64,000 nt of DNA, taken from contig NC_086097.1 in assembly GCF_963921235.1 (NCBI RefSeq), forward strand, positions 68,946,001 to 69,010,000, written 5' to 3'. Made by a program: the position numbers and the translations under genes. The notes beneath the pieces were generated by a model that was given only the letters and a program-made list of their open reading frames with translations, ran no database searches and had not been told where the DNA came from. Origin of the DNA: Mobula hypostoma (lineage: Eukaryota). Below are positions 38,371 through 51,497 of the stretch, in pieces. Each line of letters starts with the position of its first letter. Position 1 is the first letter of the stretch.

Positions 38371-39479
38371 GGTTGTGAAAGGAGCTCGGTAATTAACAAC
38401 TTTTTTCTTTCTTTTTCTCTTCTTTTGCACATTTTCCTGTGACAAAGACCTAAATTAAGTCTCCCTTGCAGGAAACGTTGAAAGAAATAATACAATCTAT
38501 CAGAAATCTCTTCTTCGACGCAGGTTGATTGTAGAATAAACACATCACACTTACTGATCTGTTCAGCCACTTCATGTGTCCAGGTGCCTGAACATGGGTA
38601 CACTGTTCAATACTCTTCTTGTTAAGGGCATTGTTTCATTCACAGAAACAAAATTACCCTCTACTTATATCATTTTAGAGAGGTTGAAATTTATGTTTGA
38701 TTACATGCATGATAGTACATGTGCATGGTACCACACTTCCAAAATTCAGGCCCACACAATTATCTCCTCATATGCAGTTTGTATCTCCTTATATACCTCT
38801 GTACCTCCCTCTATAGCTGGATCCTTATCTTCCTCATCAGGAGACCACAGTCAGTCCGGATCTATAACAACACCTCTTCATTGCTGACAATCTGATATTG
38901 GCATTTTGTGCATCTCCAGCTCTATGGTGGTTTCAGTTGTTTATCATGTATCTATCTAAGAGTCTCCTAGATGCCACTAACATACCTGGCTCTACTATTA
39001 CCCCAGAAACATATTTCATACACCCACCATTCCCTGTATAAAAAAAACTGCCTCTGATATCTCCCCTATACTTTCCACCAAACATATACCCTCATATATT
39101 AACCGTTTCTACCCTGGGGAAAAAAGGTGCTGGCTCTCCACTCTATGCTTCTTATTGTTTTATACAGTAGAAGGTGAAATAAGAGATAACAAAAAAAAGG
39201 AGAAAACTGCAGAGGCTCGAGCCAGGATACATTTCTGATTACCACATTACAAAAGATATATCATGACAGTGGAAAAGGTCTCATTGCTGTAAATGATCTC
39301 CTTCTGAATTATCAGTTTTCTCTCATTCTCTGACATGAGAAGTGAGATACACCACAGCTTCTTCGCAAAGTCTTTACAGTGTGCAGGAAACAGCTACATG
39401 GGAGTGTGAAGCATGTGACTGCCAAGACAGCTCAAGTCATTTGGAATAAGGAACCAGTTGCAACTGAGGGAGGTATGTA

Positions 39480-39960
39480 GGAGGGAGTGTAAGTGGAAAG
39501 AAAGTAGATTTAGAGAGGAGAAAGAAGTTAATAGAGGAGACTGGGGGTGACTGTCTCTATCTCAATTGTCAAAACTGGATGGTAAACAACAGGGAAGCAG
39601 AGTCCTAAAGAGGTGCTGATGAGGTAGAGCCAGGATACATCAAGTAATGCATGAAACTCATCTCCTGTGTGGGGATGCTGCTTCCGAGGGGAAGTGCACC
39701 TGAAGAGGAAGAGGAGTCAAGGAATAAATTCTGGGAGAACTCCACCATTGACAGAACAGGAACAAAAGGCACAAGGATTGGTGAAGGTGCTCAGGCTACA
39801 ATCAGAGAAGAGAGAATGAGCAGAACCAAAGCATTGGTAAACGGAGAAAAAGCATTGCAGGTGGACAACATGTTTGCTCATGCCAAAGAAAGTCTTCGGT
39901 GAAGTTCAGAAAGGTCATGATGGACACAGAGTTTGGGCTGTTTTTGTGTCGTGTGATGGG
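39480..39960 (-). mobile_element. Very old L2-like LINE RT remnant
   Basis: Purine-rich degenerate sequence resembling antisense L2 RT motifs (gtagagc..catc, aaggaataaattctggg). No intact ORF. Confidence 0.35.
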
Positions 39961-41139
39961 AACAAAGCTGAGTATGGTATAACAAACAGGATGTTGGATA
40001 ATGAACGTGTTTAAAACTGAAATATGACAAGATCCGAAAGATTGCAGGATTCAAATTATGATTAAGAATCAGTTTTGCAAAACTTTAAAAAACTGATTAA
40101 TCATTTTCTTTCTGTCTGTACTGTTAAGTCACGCTTCAGACAGTTGCTTGAGGAACCTTTATGAATTCCGTAGCAAACCGCCAAAATCAATATACTAAGG
40201 ATACTGTGGGTAACAGTGAAAGAAAGAAATTTACCTTTGTAAGTAGGAGGGGAATCAATTATTGATCGCTCTTGAGCCTGAAACACAAAATCTAATAATG
40301 ATCCTTCCAGCTCATACAGAATTTCCCAATGCCACCGAGAAAAATGGATAGCCTCTGCAGTGTACATTCCTCTCTCTTCACAATAAATGAGCACTGAACA
40401 AGAATGAACACACAAAACCCATCTCCTTTCTTCCCCACATACTTCACACACGGTGAAGCATTAGATAAATTCATCTTCTTTTTAAAACATGCAGATTATT
40501 ACATGCAGTACAAGAACAAGCACATTCTTCCTTTTGTACAGAGCAAATGAATTTGTTTCCTATTTCCTGTCAAAGGGAAAATTGATATTACATTCACTCT
40601 CATACACAATTTGATAAGCAAGCATTAGCAAGAAATATCCATATTAAATATACAGGTCCTTTTCAATCTGTCTGTAGCCCGAAACATAACTGATCACACC
40701 ATCCAACTTCAACATCTCCCCTCCACCCTCAGAATTCTGAACAGTCCATGAACTCATGATCACTATATTGTTATTCCCTTTTTCACACTATTTATTTATT
40801 TTGTAATTTAACATACTTTTATGTCTTTGCTTTGGAAATTTCACATCACATAGAAGAGCGATGATAGGCATGATTCTGATCCTGATATTGTCCATTTGGT
40901 TGGTAACCCACTCAACGGTTCTAGACAGAAATCCTCATCTATGTGAAGAGTTGTGTCCTACATGCCTATGGATCCAATGCTGGAAGGATGACCTACAGTG
41001 GGTGGCTTTCTTCACTGGCATGTGTATATCGAAAGGAATAGCCGCCTCCTGTATTGTAAAGTTTCTACGGCCCCCAGTACCAGCCTGCAGTTTGCAGAAG
41101 ACATGAAAGTTCATAATAACAGAGTTCTGCACTCTGGCT

Positions 41140-42340
41140 CTACACTCTGTGCTGGATCATCTGGCCAGCCATGATGCGTGCATCAGGCTGCGTCTTCATC
41201 AGCTACACTCAGGCTTATCACTCCCAAACTTATCACCAAGTTCCAAGACCTGGCCTCTGTACCTCTCTGGATCCTTGATTTCCTCATCAGCAGAGCTCAA
41301 TCAGTACAGACTGGTGACAACACAGGAGCACAGAAAGGCTAAAGGCTTAGCTTCTTCTCTTCTCTCTTTACACCCAGGACTGTGTGGCTAAGCACTAATT
41401 CACTATCATCTATAAATACACTGACAACACCACTATTTTTGGCTGGATCTTGGGTGGTGATGAATCAACACACAAGAGAGAGACAAAACATCTTATCGAA
41501 TTGTGCCACAATTTCAACAATATCCACAAAACTAGTGAGCTGATCATTGACTTCAGAAAGGGGAAGTCAGGAGACTGTGCTCCAGTTCTCATTGATGGGT
41601 CAGAGGTAGAGAGATTAAGCAGCTTCAAATTCCTAATGTTAACATCTCAGACGACTTGTCTTAGGCCCAACATATAGAAGCAATCATGAAAAAACCATGC
41701 CAGTGACTCGATTTTTTTAAAAGCTTAAGGAATTCGGGCATGTCACCAAATACTCAAACAAACTTCCTCAGATGTGCTGTTGAAAATATCCTGACTGGGT
41801 GCATCATGGCCTGGGACAGCAGTTCCAGCACATTGGAATGCTAGAAGCCGCAGGGAGTAGTGGACACAGCCCAGTCCATTAGAGACACAGCCCTCCCCAG
41901 CATTGACAGCATCAACAGGAAGTGCTGCCTCATGAACTTGGCATTTATTATATCTGAAGTATTACACTTGTGTACAGGAAGTGGCATTACACAATCTTGA
42001 ATCTTGAATCATGAATTCAGAATTATCCATCCTGGCCATGCTTTCTTCTCATTGCTACCACCCATCAGGGGTACAGAAGCCTGAAATCCCACACCACAGC
42101 TGTTCAGAAACAGCTAGTTTTCTGCAATAATCAGGTTCTTGAACTAACCAGCACAACCTTAACCCAACCTCAACGATGAACCATAACTGATCACCTTTTG
42201 CATTACGGTGGATATGTCTCTAATCGTATCTTTGTATCTTTTTTTGCACTAATGTCATGTTTTTGCACACTTTTCTCTTAATTTCCTACATAATTTCTAT
42301 GCCCGTGATAAACTCACAGCATAAGATATAGTATACATGA
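41140..42340 (+). mobile_element. Rex1/Babar LINE fragment
   Basis: KTSELIIDFRKGK..PVLIDGSEVERLSSFKFL. Confidence 0.75.
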
Positions 42341-44030
42341 ACATTACACATCAAATTTCTTTGTTGCCTCCTCAAATAACTCAATCAGATTTGTGAGACA
42401 TGATCTCCCCGACACAAAGCCATGTTAACTCCTCCTAATCAATTCTTGTCTTTCCAGATGAACATAATTTCTGTCCCCCCCCCAGAACCTTCTCCAATGA
42501 TTTCCCTTCCACTGATGGTTCACTGGCTTTTAGCTTCCAGGCTTATACCTGCTGCCCTTTTTCAATAATGGGATAAGGGTAATAGTTTTTGTCGAGTATG
42601 AGGATATTGCAATGAGACTTTCTAGAGGAGAGAAATGATATACCTCTTTGAAACTGACTTAATTGGCTTTGGCAAAACTCCAGGAATGAACCTGATATAT
42701 GTGTTCTCTTCATAGCAGATTACTGGAATGAAGAATACTATTTCTTTGTTGGGCCAATTCCCCCAACGTTAACTATTCAACTATTAAGCTGAAACTAAAG
42801 TACACATCACACTGAGACACAGAAGCATTAAGTTCACTTATTATAACAACATGAAGATTAGAGGATTTACTTGTGACTTATTCTACTTAAACTATTCACA
42901 TGAAGAACTTATTTTATGTAAAATAATTAAACTCACATTTCAAAAAGACAATCAGCTGAATAATATCTTCAGAAATCTATTTCCAGCAAAATATGTTTTT
43001 ATTTAATTTAAAAAGTAGAAGCAATGTAAGGTTCTTTATTGGTTCAATATTAATTTTTGTACGACACAGTCACACAAGAAGAAAAGGGATAAGAAGACTC
43101 TTAAGCCTATTTTATATATCCCAAACAGAATTTAGCCCTGCATTTTTCATATGCAAAATCCAGCTGCTCCTTAAATAATCTCAGAAGTCTTGACAGCAAA
43201 TTCATTTCCTGACCACCTAGTTCACATTTTTGTCAACTACTAGGTAAAGAAACCTGTTACCTGCCCTAATTTGGTTTTCATAACCTTGAAAAATATATTT
43301 TTTACTCAACTGGGCATAACAGCCACATGACAATGAAATTCATAATACTTGTCTAGTAATATTAACCTGCAAGAAATCAGACCTTCTGTATCAGCTGCAT
43401 TTGCCAGCTGAGGCCACATGATGGTGCTGAAAACACAAGTTTTCCTTGAACTGCAGATCTAGAATATGCATAGTTCGGCAGTAGAAATTGGTATTTTGCA
43501 GAATTTAAATTACAAAGTCTACTTGTGATACAAAACTGTTACATAATGCTTTGTGTGCACATGTGTTTTAGAAATATTTGTGTTCAAATCAGAAATTAAG
43601 ATATAACATACTATATAAAAGCTAGAAAAAAAGCATTCATTAACATCCTGCCCAAAACAGCTGGGTGAAGAATAATTAAAGATATTCTTACTTGGTTAGG
43701 CTTATCTCACTAACAGACACATGCACTGTCTGACATAGGACTGACAATTCTCGTGCAAAATGATGCTGGTACAATGGCAGTAAAGCCTGTAAAGATGAAA
43801 TGAAGTTACTCTGTAGGGCACTGTTTTTTTTTGTTTTCTTATTCTAATAGAAGCAATAGAAAGAGCATTGCACTTTGCATAGCCAGAAATGGCATGACAG
43901 AGATGAATGGATCAAAAATGAAAGAGATAATTTGTCAGCAGTAATACTTATTCACCAGAGAACCTATAAAAGTTCACAAGAACAAATGGAATGAAAGTAC
44001 TTAATTCGAGAAGAAAAATGACTGCCTTAC

Positions 44031-46031
44031 CTCAATTTTTTCCCACACAATGCTGTTATTCTGCTTCTGCTGAATATCTTCCTGCAGCTGTTGAATTAGA
44101 CTTGTTTTAGAAGAAGCACCATTCAAGGCATTTTTGGGCATCTTTGTTAACCAATGCTGTGAGGGCTGGCGTATAGTGTGGTGCTTAGCACTTGCTTCTG
44201 GTACCGATGGCTCATCATCTGACAGGATGTCACTAAGTGGGCCTGATTCAATGCTGTCCTCCAAGGAAGGAGCTATATCACTTGAGGAAGTTGGAGAAAT
44301 AGTTCCAGTTACAGGCACCCATTTTCTGTTCTCCCTTCCAGCAGGAATTGATGGATTTACCTCAGTCACTGAGTTTGTTTCTGAAAGCTCCCAATCATCA
44401 ATGTTCCGAAGTGCTTCACCTTCAGGTGAATGTGACAACAGCTTTGTCAAGTTCTCCAGCTTTAAAGCCAACACTTCAGTTTCTTTCAGGTGGGATGGAA
44501 GAGCCAGATACTCATTTGATCCAAACCAAGTGTCAAGTTTATCATTCTCAGCCATTTGACTTTGATTTGAGCTGTTCTCTGTCTGAGTTTCCTGTTGTAG
44601 CAAAGATAAAGCGGGGCTACAACAAGCAGAATCTGCCCTGACCGCACTATCTGAAGATTGAAGAGGGAACTGTGATGGTACTGCTTCATACAAACTTTGT
44701 CTGATGGGTGACTTACTTTTAATTTTTTTCCCAATCTCCTGATTCTGACACCTGAAGGACTCACAAATGGATTCATTAATGTCCTTGCAATTATCAGTCA
44801 ATATATCTGAATTCAGGGGTTCTGAAATATTATTATTTTCACCAGCTAGAGCTTTGATATGTGGAGCACAGCATGACTGGAAATTTTTTGTTGTAAATGT
44901 GCCTTCTGGTTGCTTTTGATATGAGGAAGTCTGATTGGATGAAACAGAAATGGCATTCTGTTGTTTGTGCACAGGAGAATTGATATTTTGAGATAAAGGT
45001 TTGCTGGATTGTTGTTTGGGCCTTCTCAAAGATATATTGTTGGATTGCCTGAGATCATGAAGGTCACATGATTTATTTACTGGTGAAGGCTTTCTTTGAT
45101 GCTGGACGTGCACTTTATTTGGGCTTAACGGGGGCTTTCGTAGATTACATTGCAAATGCAAACTAGGGTATCCATTTTCTGTGCTCCCTGCTTTATTTAA
45201 CTCATCATATGAGTGACTGACAGCAGCACTGGAAATACTTGGGTAGGATGAAGGCAAATCCAGATGAAGCTTGGATCTGTCTGGGTGATCAAGAAGGGTG
45301 GGTGTACTCCTGCTTATTTCTGCTTTGTGGGAGAGATCAGAAGCTAAAATTCTGCAGCAACTAACCTCCAAGTCATCTTTAGAAATTTCATCTAGGTACA
45401 AAGCTCTCTTAGGTAAGGAAGGTTGTGTTGGGGAATCCTCATTATAGTTGAAACAATCTTTAATTGTTCTTTTTGGTGTTGCATTTTCACAATGGATACT
45501 GTTTGCACTGGAAGAATGCATCTGGATAACATTCTTTGTCTCCAAATCATCTGCAATATTATCTGAGATTATCTTGGAGTTCTTACTAATTCCAGTTTGG
45601 ATTGTTGTACACTCTACAGGTGGAGTCTGAGACAAGGCTGGATGATTTTTTGATACAGGTGATGTTCTGGAGTTTGCTGCATCCTTCATGTCCTGCACTG
45701 GAGTTTGGTGACCTGTGATGGTCAGCTGATGTTCATCAGCCTTTGCTTCCTCAGGATTGGGAGTAGAATGACCATTTGCAACAGAAATCAAATCCAACTC
45801 TGGAATGCCTCTTTCTGGATCCGAGTTCCAAGGCCCAAAAGATCTTGACTTAGTCTTGGACGTTGAACTCGAAGTCATGTTGGCCTCTGAGTCACAGGGC
45901 ACGTCTTCGCTTGGACTATAGTCAGATAGTTCAAAGGCAGTGATACCACAATCCAAAGAAAAATAGTCTTTTGAACATTTAATGGTCAGCTGGCCCGCAT
46001 CATCAACCTCAGTCAGTGAGTCCAGGCAGGT
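44031..46031 (-). CDS. AKAP6: AKAP6 large coding exon, equivalent to exon 4 (2001 bp, 667 codons, phase 0/0)
   Basis: Lies inside the 688-aa ORF. Conserved blocks: LDSLTEVDDAGQLTIKCS..LDCGITAFELSDYSPSED, ATPKRTIKDCFNYNEDSPTQPSLPKR, WFGSNEYLALPSHLKETEVLALKLENLTKLL, SSSDIAPSL..SIESGPLSDILSDDE, LIQQLQEDIQ..VWEKIE. Acceptor tttgcag|ACC, donor GAG|gtaagg. Confidence 0.95.
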
Positions 46032-46758
46032 CTGCAAACACAGAACAATCTGTAAACAAATGCACAATCAATGCCTTCTGATTTTATATCTAAGTCACAA
46101 AGTGCGATGGAAACTGAAAAAAAATGAGAAGGCTTGGTGCCTTAAAAAGTTGTAGAAAACCACATAACATATAAATAGGAATTTAAAAACTGATATTTGG
46201 CCACTCAAACACAGACCATAAAGGTGTATCTAAATCATGTGACAACTGCATTTTCAATTACACCATGCCCTCTTAGGAATATGAAGAAAATATTTAAAGT
46301 GTGAAGTTTTTGTCACCTCAGCAATATGAATAAGACCTGGATCACAATTTATTACGAAGTTTAATGATACCAACTAGAATTAACCTTTGATAGTAATCAG
46401 AGTTAAGAGAATTTGCAGCCAGAGACAGATCAGCAGCCCTCACTGCTGTGCTCAAAGAAAGATGCTGAGAAAGTTTCAGAAATGTCTGTGAAAGGAGCTT
46501 CTGCTTTGATGACACCTGTATTAAGCAGCTGTGATATCACACGGTCATTCTAGCAACCAACCACAGAATGGAATAATCAGTAGCATCATACCAGGAAGCA
46601 AAATGTTGAGCATAACTGAAATACTTCAACCTTGCATGCAGCACAAACGTTCAAGTTCTTTAAATCTCCACCTCTAATAGTTGCTAAGTTATCCATCACC
46701 ATTTATGACTAGATGTAAGAATGTTGGACAGCTTAGTTGACCACATTGTTTTTTATAT

Positions 46759-47392
46759 CGCAAACACGAGGAAATCTGCAGATGCTAGAATTTCAAGCAA
46801 CACACATCAAAGTTGCTGATGAACGCAACAGGCCAGGCAGCATCTCTAGGAAGAGGTACAGTCGACGTTTCGGGCCAAGACCCTTCGTCAGGACTAACTA
46901 AAAGAAGAGCTAATAAGAGATTTGAAAGTGGGAGGGGGAGATCCAAAATGATAGGAGGAGACAGGAGGGGGAGGGATGGAGCCAAGAGCTGGACAGTTGA
47001 TTGGCAAAAGGGATATGAGAGGATCATGGGGTAGGAGGCCCAGGGAGAAGGAAAAGGAGGGGGGGGGAAAGCCCAGAGGATGGGAAAGGGGTATAGTCAG
47101 AGGGGCAGAGGGAGGAAAAGGAGAGAAAGGAAAAAGAATGTGTGTATATAAATAAATAATGGATGGGGTACGAGGGGGAGGTGGGGCATTAGCGGAAGTT
47201 AGAGAAGTCAATGTTCATGCCATCAGGTTGGAGGCTACCCAGACGGAATATAAGGTGTTGTTCCTCCAACCTGAGTGTGGCTTCATCTTTACAGTAGAGG
47301 AGGCCGTGGATAGACATATCAGAATGGGAATGGGACGTGGAATTAAAATGTGTGGCCACTGGGAGATCCTGTTTTCTCTGGCAGACAGAGCG
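46759..47392 (-). mobile_element. 5'-truncated Penelope-like element: GIY-YIG endonuclease C-terminus plus 3' terminal repeat
   Basis: Exact 12-bp TSD tgttttttatat (46747-46758, 47393-47404). 47392->47189 reads RSVCQRKQDLPVATHFNSTSHSHSDMSIHGLLYCKDEATLRLEEQHLIFRLGSLQPDGMNIDFSNFR*, typical of the end of a PLE GIY-YIG domain. Confidence 0.9.
46860..46895 (-). ncRNA. Minimal type-I hammerhead ribozyme motif with intact core
   Basis: AGTC-CTGACGA-A-GGG-TCTTGG-CCC-GAAA-C-GTC-GACT. Stem I 4 bp, stem II 3 bp, GUC cleavage triplet, palindromic ACGT in place of stem III. Confidence 0.75.
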
Positions 47393-48612
47393 TGTTTTTT
47401 ATATGCTGTTCAGCACACATAGTATCCTGTGTGGCAACTCCATGAGGTTGACACTTCACTTTTAGGTGCAGTTGTGGTATTCAGCAAATGTTCCCCTCAC
47501 TCCCCATTGAACCAATGATGATCACCTACTTTGATTTCAATGTCTCATCTCTGACATGGGCATGGATGATAAATGCTAGCCTTGCCACAGACATCCTACA
47601 GAACAAGAAATATCTTTAGAAAGTCATTCAGTCTTCTTTAGGTGCCTGGAAGCAGTGTGGATGAGTCAGAAAGCATTTAATTGAGTCCCGGTGGTTCAAA
47701 TCACCATGGCTGCAGCTGGCTCTGGAGCATGGAAAATTATTCAATGGAATGATTTCCCACTAAGGTTTTCTCCTCTCACTTTTTAAAGTAACCAATACCA
47801 CATTGGTGAGATCTTCTCTGCCGTGAACTAATGGCAGTTGCTTCATTGAAAAACACATATTTTGATACTGAACTTCTGCAATCTTAATCATATGCTTTTG
47901 AATCTCATTGCCAAGTGTATCTATACAAAGATAAAGACATTTATTTGCAATCAAGCAAGATCTAGAGTTTTCCATTCTTTAGCTACTGTATTTTTCTCTC
48001 TCAGGCTTTCTTAAACTGCTTTGAGTAAATTAATTACTATCAGTTTATCTGCTTTATATAAGTGTGCAACATATGTAACTAATTTCCCATCACTGATTGG
48101 ATGTATATGTTTATGATGAGCAGCAGATTTGCTTTGCAGAGTGTGCTATGCAAGATGCAAGATTTACAGAGTATAGTAATGAAAGAGAAAAATGCATATA
48201 CCTCATGTCTGTATTAAAATTCACAATGCTTCCTGTCTTTTATTTTTCAGTTTAAGATAACTATTGCTGAATTTGTGATTTATTTTTCCTTCCTGAGTTC
48301 TTCATCCTAATTCTTATATACATCTTCTTCCCCTCATCATCAAATTTCTGAATGGTCCATGATCCCATGAATGCTTTCTCATTATTCCTCTTTAACACTA
48401 TTTATTTATTTATTCATCTATCTATTTAATTATTTATTTTGTGAGTTATAGTAACTTTTATGTCTTGCACTGTACTGCTGACCCAAAACAACAAATTTCA
48501 TGACGTACAGTAAGTTAATTATAATAATTCTGATTCGAATACATCGTCACAAAATATATGACGCTGTTATTTCATGACAGAAACAGTAAAAATATCTATT
48601 AAGGAATATATG

Positions 48613-49145
48613 CACTCAGTGGGTACTCCTGGATATCTGCTCATCTAATCAGACAACCATGTGACAACAACTCAATGCATAAAAGCATGCAGACACGGTC
48701 AAGAGATTCAGTTATTGTTCAGACCAAATATCAGAATGGGGAAAAATGTGACCTAAGTGACTTTGACCATGGAATGATTGGTGGTGCCAGATGGGGTGGT
48801 TTGAGTATCTCAGAAACTGCTGAGGTCCTGGGATTTTCACGCACTAAAATTTACAGAGAATGTTGCAAAAAAAACAAAAAAAAAAATCCAGTGAGCAGTT
48901 GTTCTGTTGGGAAAAGAATCCTTGTTAATGAAAGAGGTCAGAGGAGAATGGGCAGGCTGGTTCAAGCTGACAAGAAGGTGACAATAACTCAAATACTCAC
49001 ACATTACAACAGCGATGTGCAGCAGACCATCTCTGAATGCAAAACATGTCGAGACTTGAAGTGGATGGGATAAGCACCAGAAGACTACAAACATACACTC
49101 ACTTTATTAGGTAATTCCTGTACTTAATAAAGTGGCCTCTAAGTG
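48613..49145 (+). mobile_element. Tc1-like deletion derivative
   Basis: ORF 48675-49073 contains a Tc1 N-terminal HTH remnant (CDLSDFDHGMIGGARWGGLSISETAEVLGFSR...ISECKTCRDLKWMG). TIRs at both ends. Confidence 0.85.
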
Positions 49146-49719
49146 TATTTGATGAAGTTTAGGCCCATTAGCCTGACTTCCTTAATGGGAAAAATGCTTA
49201 ACAAAATAATTAGTTGTAATACTCGATCACTTATACAGAGAACATCACTTAACTAACGGATCATTTTGCTTCAGAAAACTGAGTCTTCTCCTTCAAATTC
49301 AATTAAACTTCGAGGAGGTCATCAAAACAGTGGATATGTTGTACCTGGTAGGCATTTCATAGCTCAGGCAACAGCATCATAAATTTCCCAGCACCTTTTT
49401 TTTACTGAAATTGTGTCTTCCTCATCAGATATCAACCAAACCTATACCTAATCTCAGACCCAAACATGAAAAATTTCCCAATAATATTTCCTCAAGGATA
49501 TGTCCAATCTTCTGCATTGAAATGAAAGCTTGCAGAAACCTGTGAGGAGAAAGTTGTGCATAAATTTTGTACTTAATGCAAGACAAGTTGCCAGTGGTGT
49601 TTTGTGGGGATTGATTCCTTGCTAATTTATGCCTCTCAAAAACTGATTCACTGGCTTTGATCCTTAGCTATTTCTCAGTACTCAGTCAGTCCCTTGCTGT
49701 TGGTGACAAATAGTAATGA

Positions 49720-50560
49720 TTTAGTCTTAACTGTAAATGTCTTGATGAAAAGTTTGCAAATGATGTAAAAAAAAACAAGGTCAAGAGAAGAAAAGCTTCA
49801 GGCTGCAGGAAGATATTGATGTGCTGGTCAGTTAGGCAGGAAATCAGCAAATGAATTCAATATATGTTTAATTTATCTGGGTGGTGCAAAAGTGAACAGA
49901 ATATATATGATAAATGGAAGCACATTGGTCGGGGCAGAGGACTTTAGGGATCTTGTATATCCACAGAGGCTGAAATCCAGCAGGCCCAGCAGATATGCTT
50001 GTTAAAAAGTCACATGGGATCCTTTTTTCTATTAGCCAAAGCATTAAATATACCTGCAGGGAGATTGTCCTAGAATCGCATAGAACAGAAGTTAGGCCAC
50101 AGTTCAAGTACAGTTATGGTCACCACGTGACAGGAAAAATGTGTTTGCACTGCAGAAGGTGTGGAGGGAATTCAGGAGGATCTTGCCAGGGCTGGAAAAG
50201 TTTATCAATGTCAAAATACTGGATAACTTGGGGAGTTTTGTTTTTATCACAAGCCAAGAAAGGAGATTTAATGGGTGATTAAGTCAAGGGGGGGTCTAGA
50301 AAGAGTAAATAAAAGAGAACGAATTCCCTTGGCTGGGGAACTCAAGGGTGGGGACATTGGGAGGGGTGGTTGGAATTGGATGGAAATAACATAACTAGTG
50401 GAAGGATGAGGAGATGAGGAAAACTTCTTTCACTCGTAGAAGCAGAAGCAGAAACACTCATCTCCACATCTCGAGTAACTTGGAAGAATTGTGATCCACT
50501 GGCCATTAGGATTAGGCACTGATGCGGCAAATGTTCTCTTTCTGCACTATAAATATCATA
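49720..50560 (+). mobile_element. Old CR1 RT remnant
   Basis: aagtttgcaaatgatgt (KFA.D), EVRPQFKYS-like stretch. Confidence 0.55.
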
Positions 50561-50838
50561 TTATTTCACGATTTTCAGCAAAATATGTCTTCAAGATTAA
50601 AAAAATCAATTGAAAAATTTCATAGCTTGATTGGGTATTGAGTGGGCTAATAAGTAATTTCAAAGTTCAAAATCAATTTATTATCAATAGATAATTTCAA
50701 TAGTACAATACAATTTCAAGAACAACTATGCATAAACAAAGATTGACAAACAAACAATGTGCAAAAGAACACCAACTATAAATAAAAATAACACTGAGAA
50801 CACGAGTTGTAAAGTGAGTCCGCTGGGGTCACAGAATT

Positions 50839-51497
50839 AGATTAGGTTAGATTAGATTATGAGGACACGCAGTCTTCTTTTATTGTCATTTAGTAATGCA
50901 TGCATTAAGAAATGATACAATATGCCTCCGGTGTGATATCACAGAGACACAGGACAGACCAAGACTGAAAAACTGACAAAACCCACATAATTATAACATA
51001 TAGTTACAACAGTGCAAACAATACCATAACTTGATGAAGAACAGGCCATGGGCACAGTAAAAGAAGTTCAAAGTCTCTCGAAAGTCCCACATCTCACGCA
51101 GACGGGAGAAGGTAGAAAACTCTCCCTGCCATGCCCGACCACAGTCCGACTCTGAGTAGTCCGAAAACTTCGAGTCTTCGACCAGCCCTCTGACACCGAG
51201 CACCGAGCACCATCTCTGCCGAGCGCTTCGACCCCAGCCCCAGCCGCCATCAGCAGGCAAAGCTGAGCATTTTGGGGCTTTCCCTCTGGAGATTCTCAAT
51301 CACACAGTTGCAGCGGCAGTGAACCGGGCATTTCAGAAGTTTCTCCAGATGTTCCTCCGTGCTTCTCACAGCTGTCTCCATCAAATCAGAATTGTGCACG
51401 GTACCCTATTTAACAAATACGATATCATTTCACCAGAGGGCTGCGCGCGCTGTGTCGCGCCACCTTCTCCTCCTCCCACCTCCTCCTGCCTCTGAAT
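50839..51497 (-). mobile_element. Non-coding non-autonomous retroelement with (TCTAA)n tail, inserted in a Rex1-type 3'UTR fragment (50661-51650)
   Basis: CpG-rich body, 3' tgacaataaa...ataatctaatctaacctaatctaa, possible 5-bp TSD gaatt. Confidence 0.6.

Noticed and set aside
43390..43425. Two CAGCTG E-boxes and a CACATG downstream of exon 4
   Set aside because: Too few motifs to distinguish from chance without conservation data.
44001..46067. 688-aa ORF as a standalone single-exon gene
   Set aside because: The ends (MCICLQIVLCLQ, VRQSFFFSN) are intron sequence. It is an internal AKAP6 exon.
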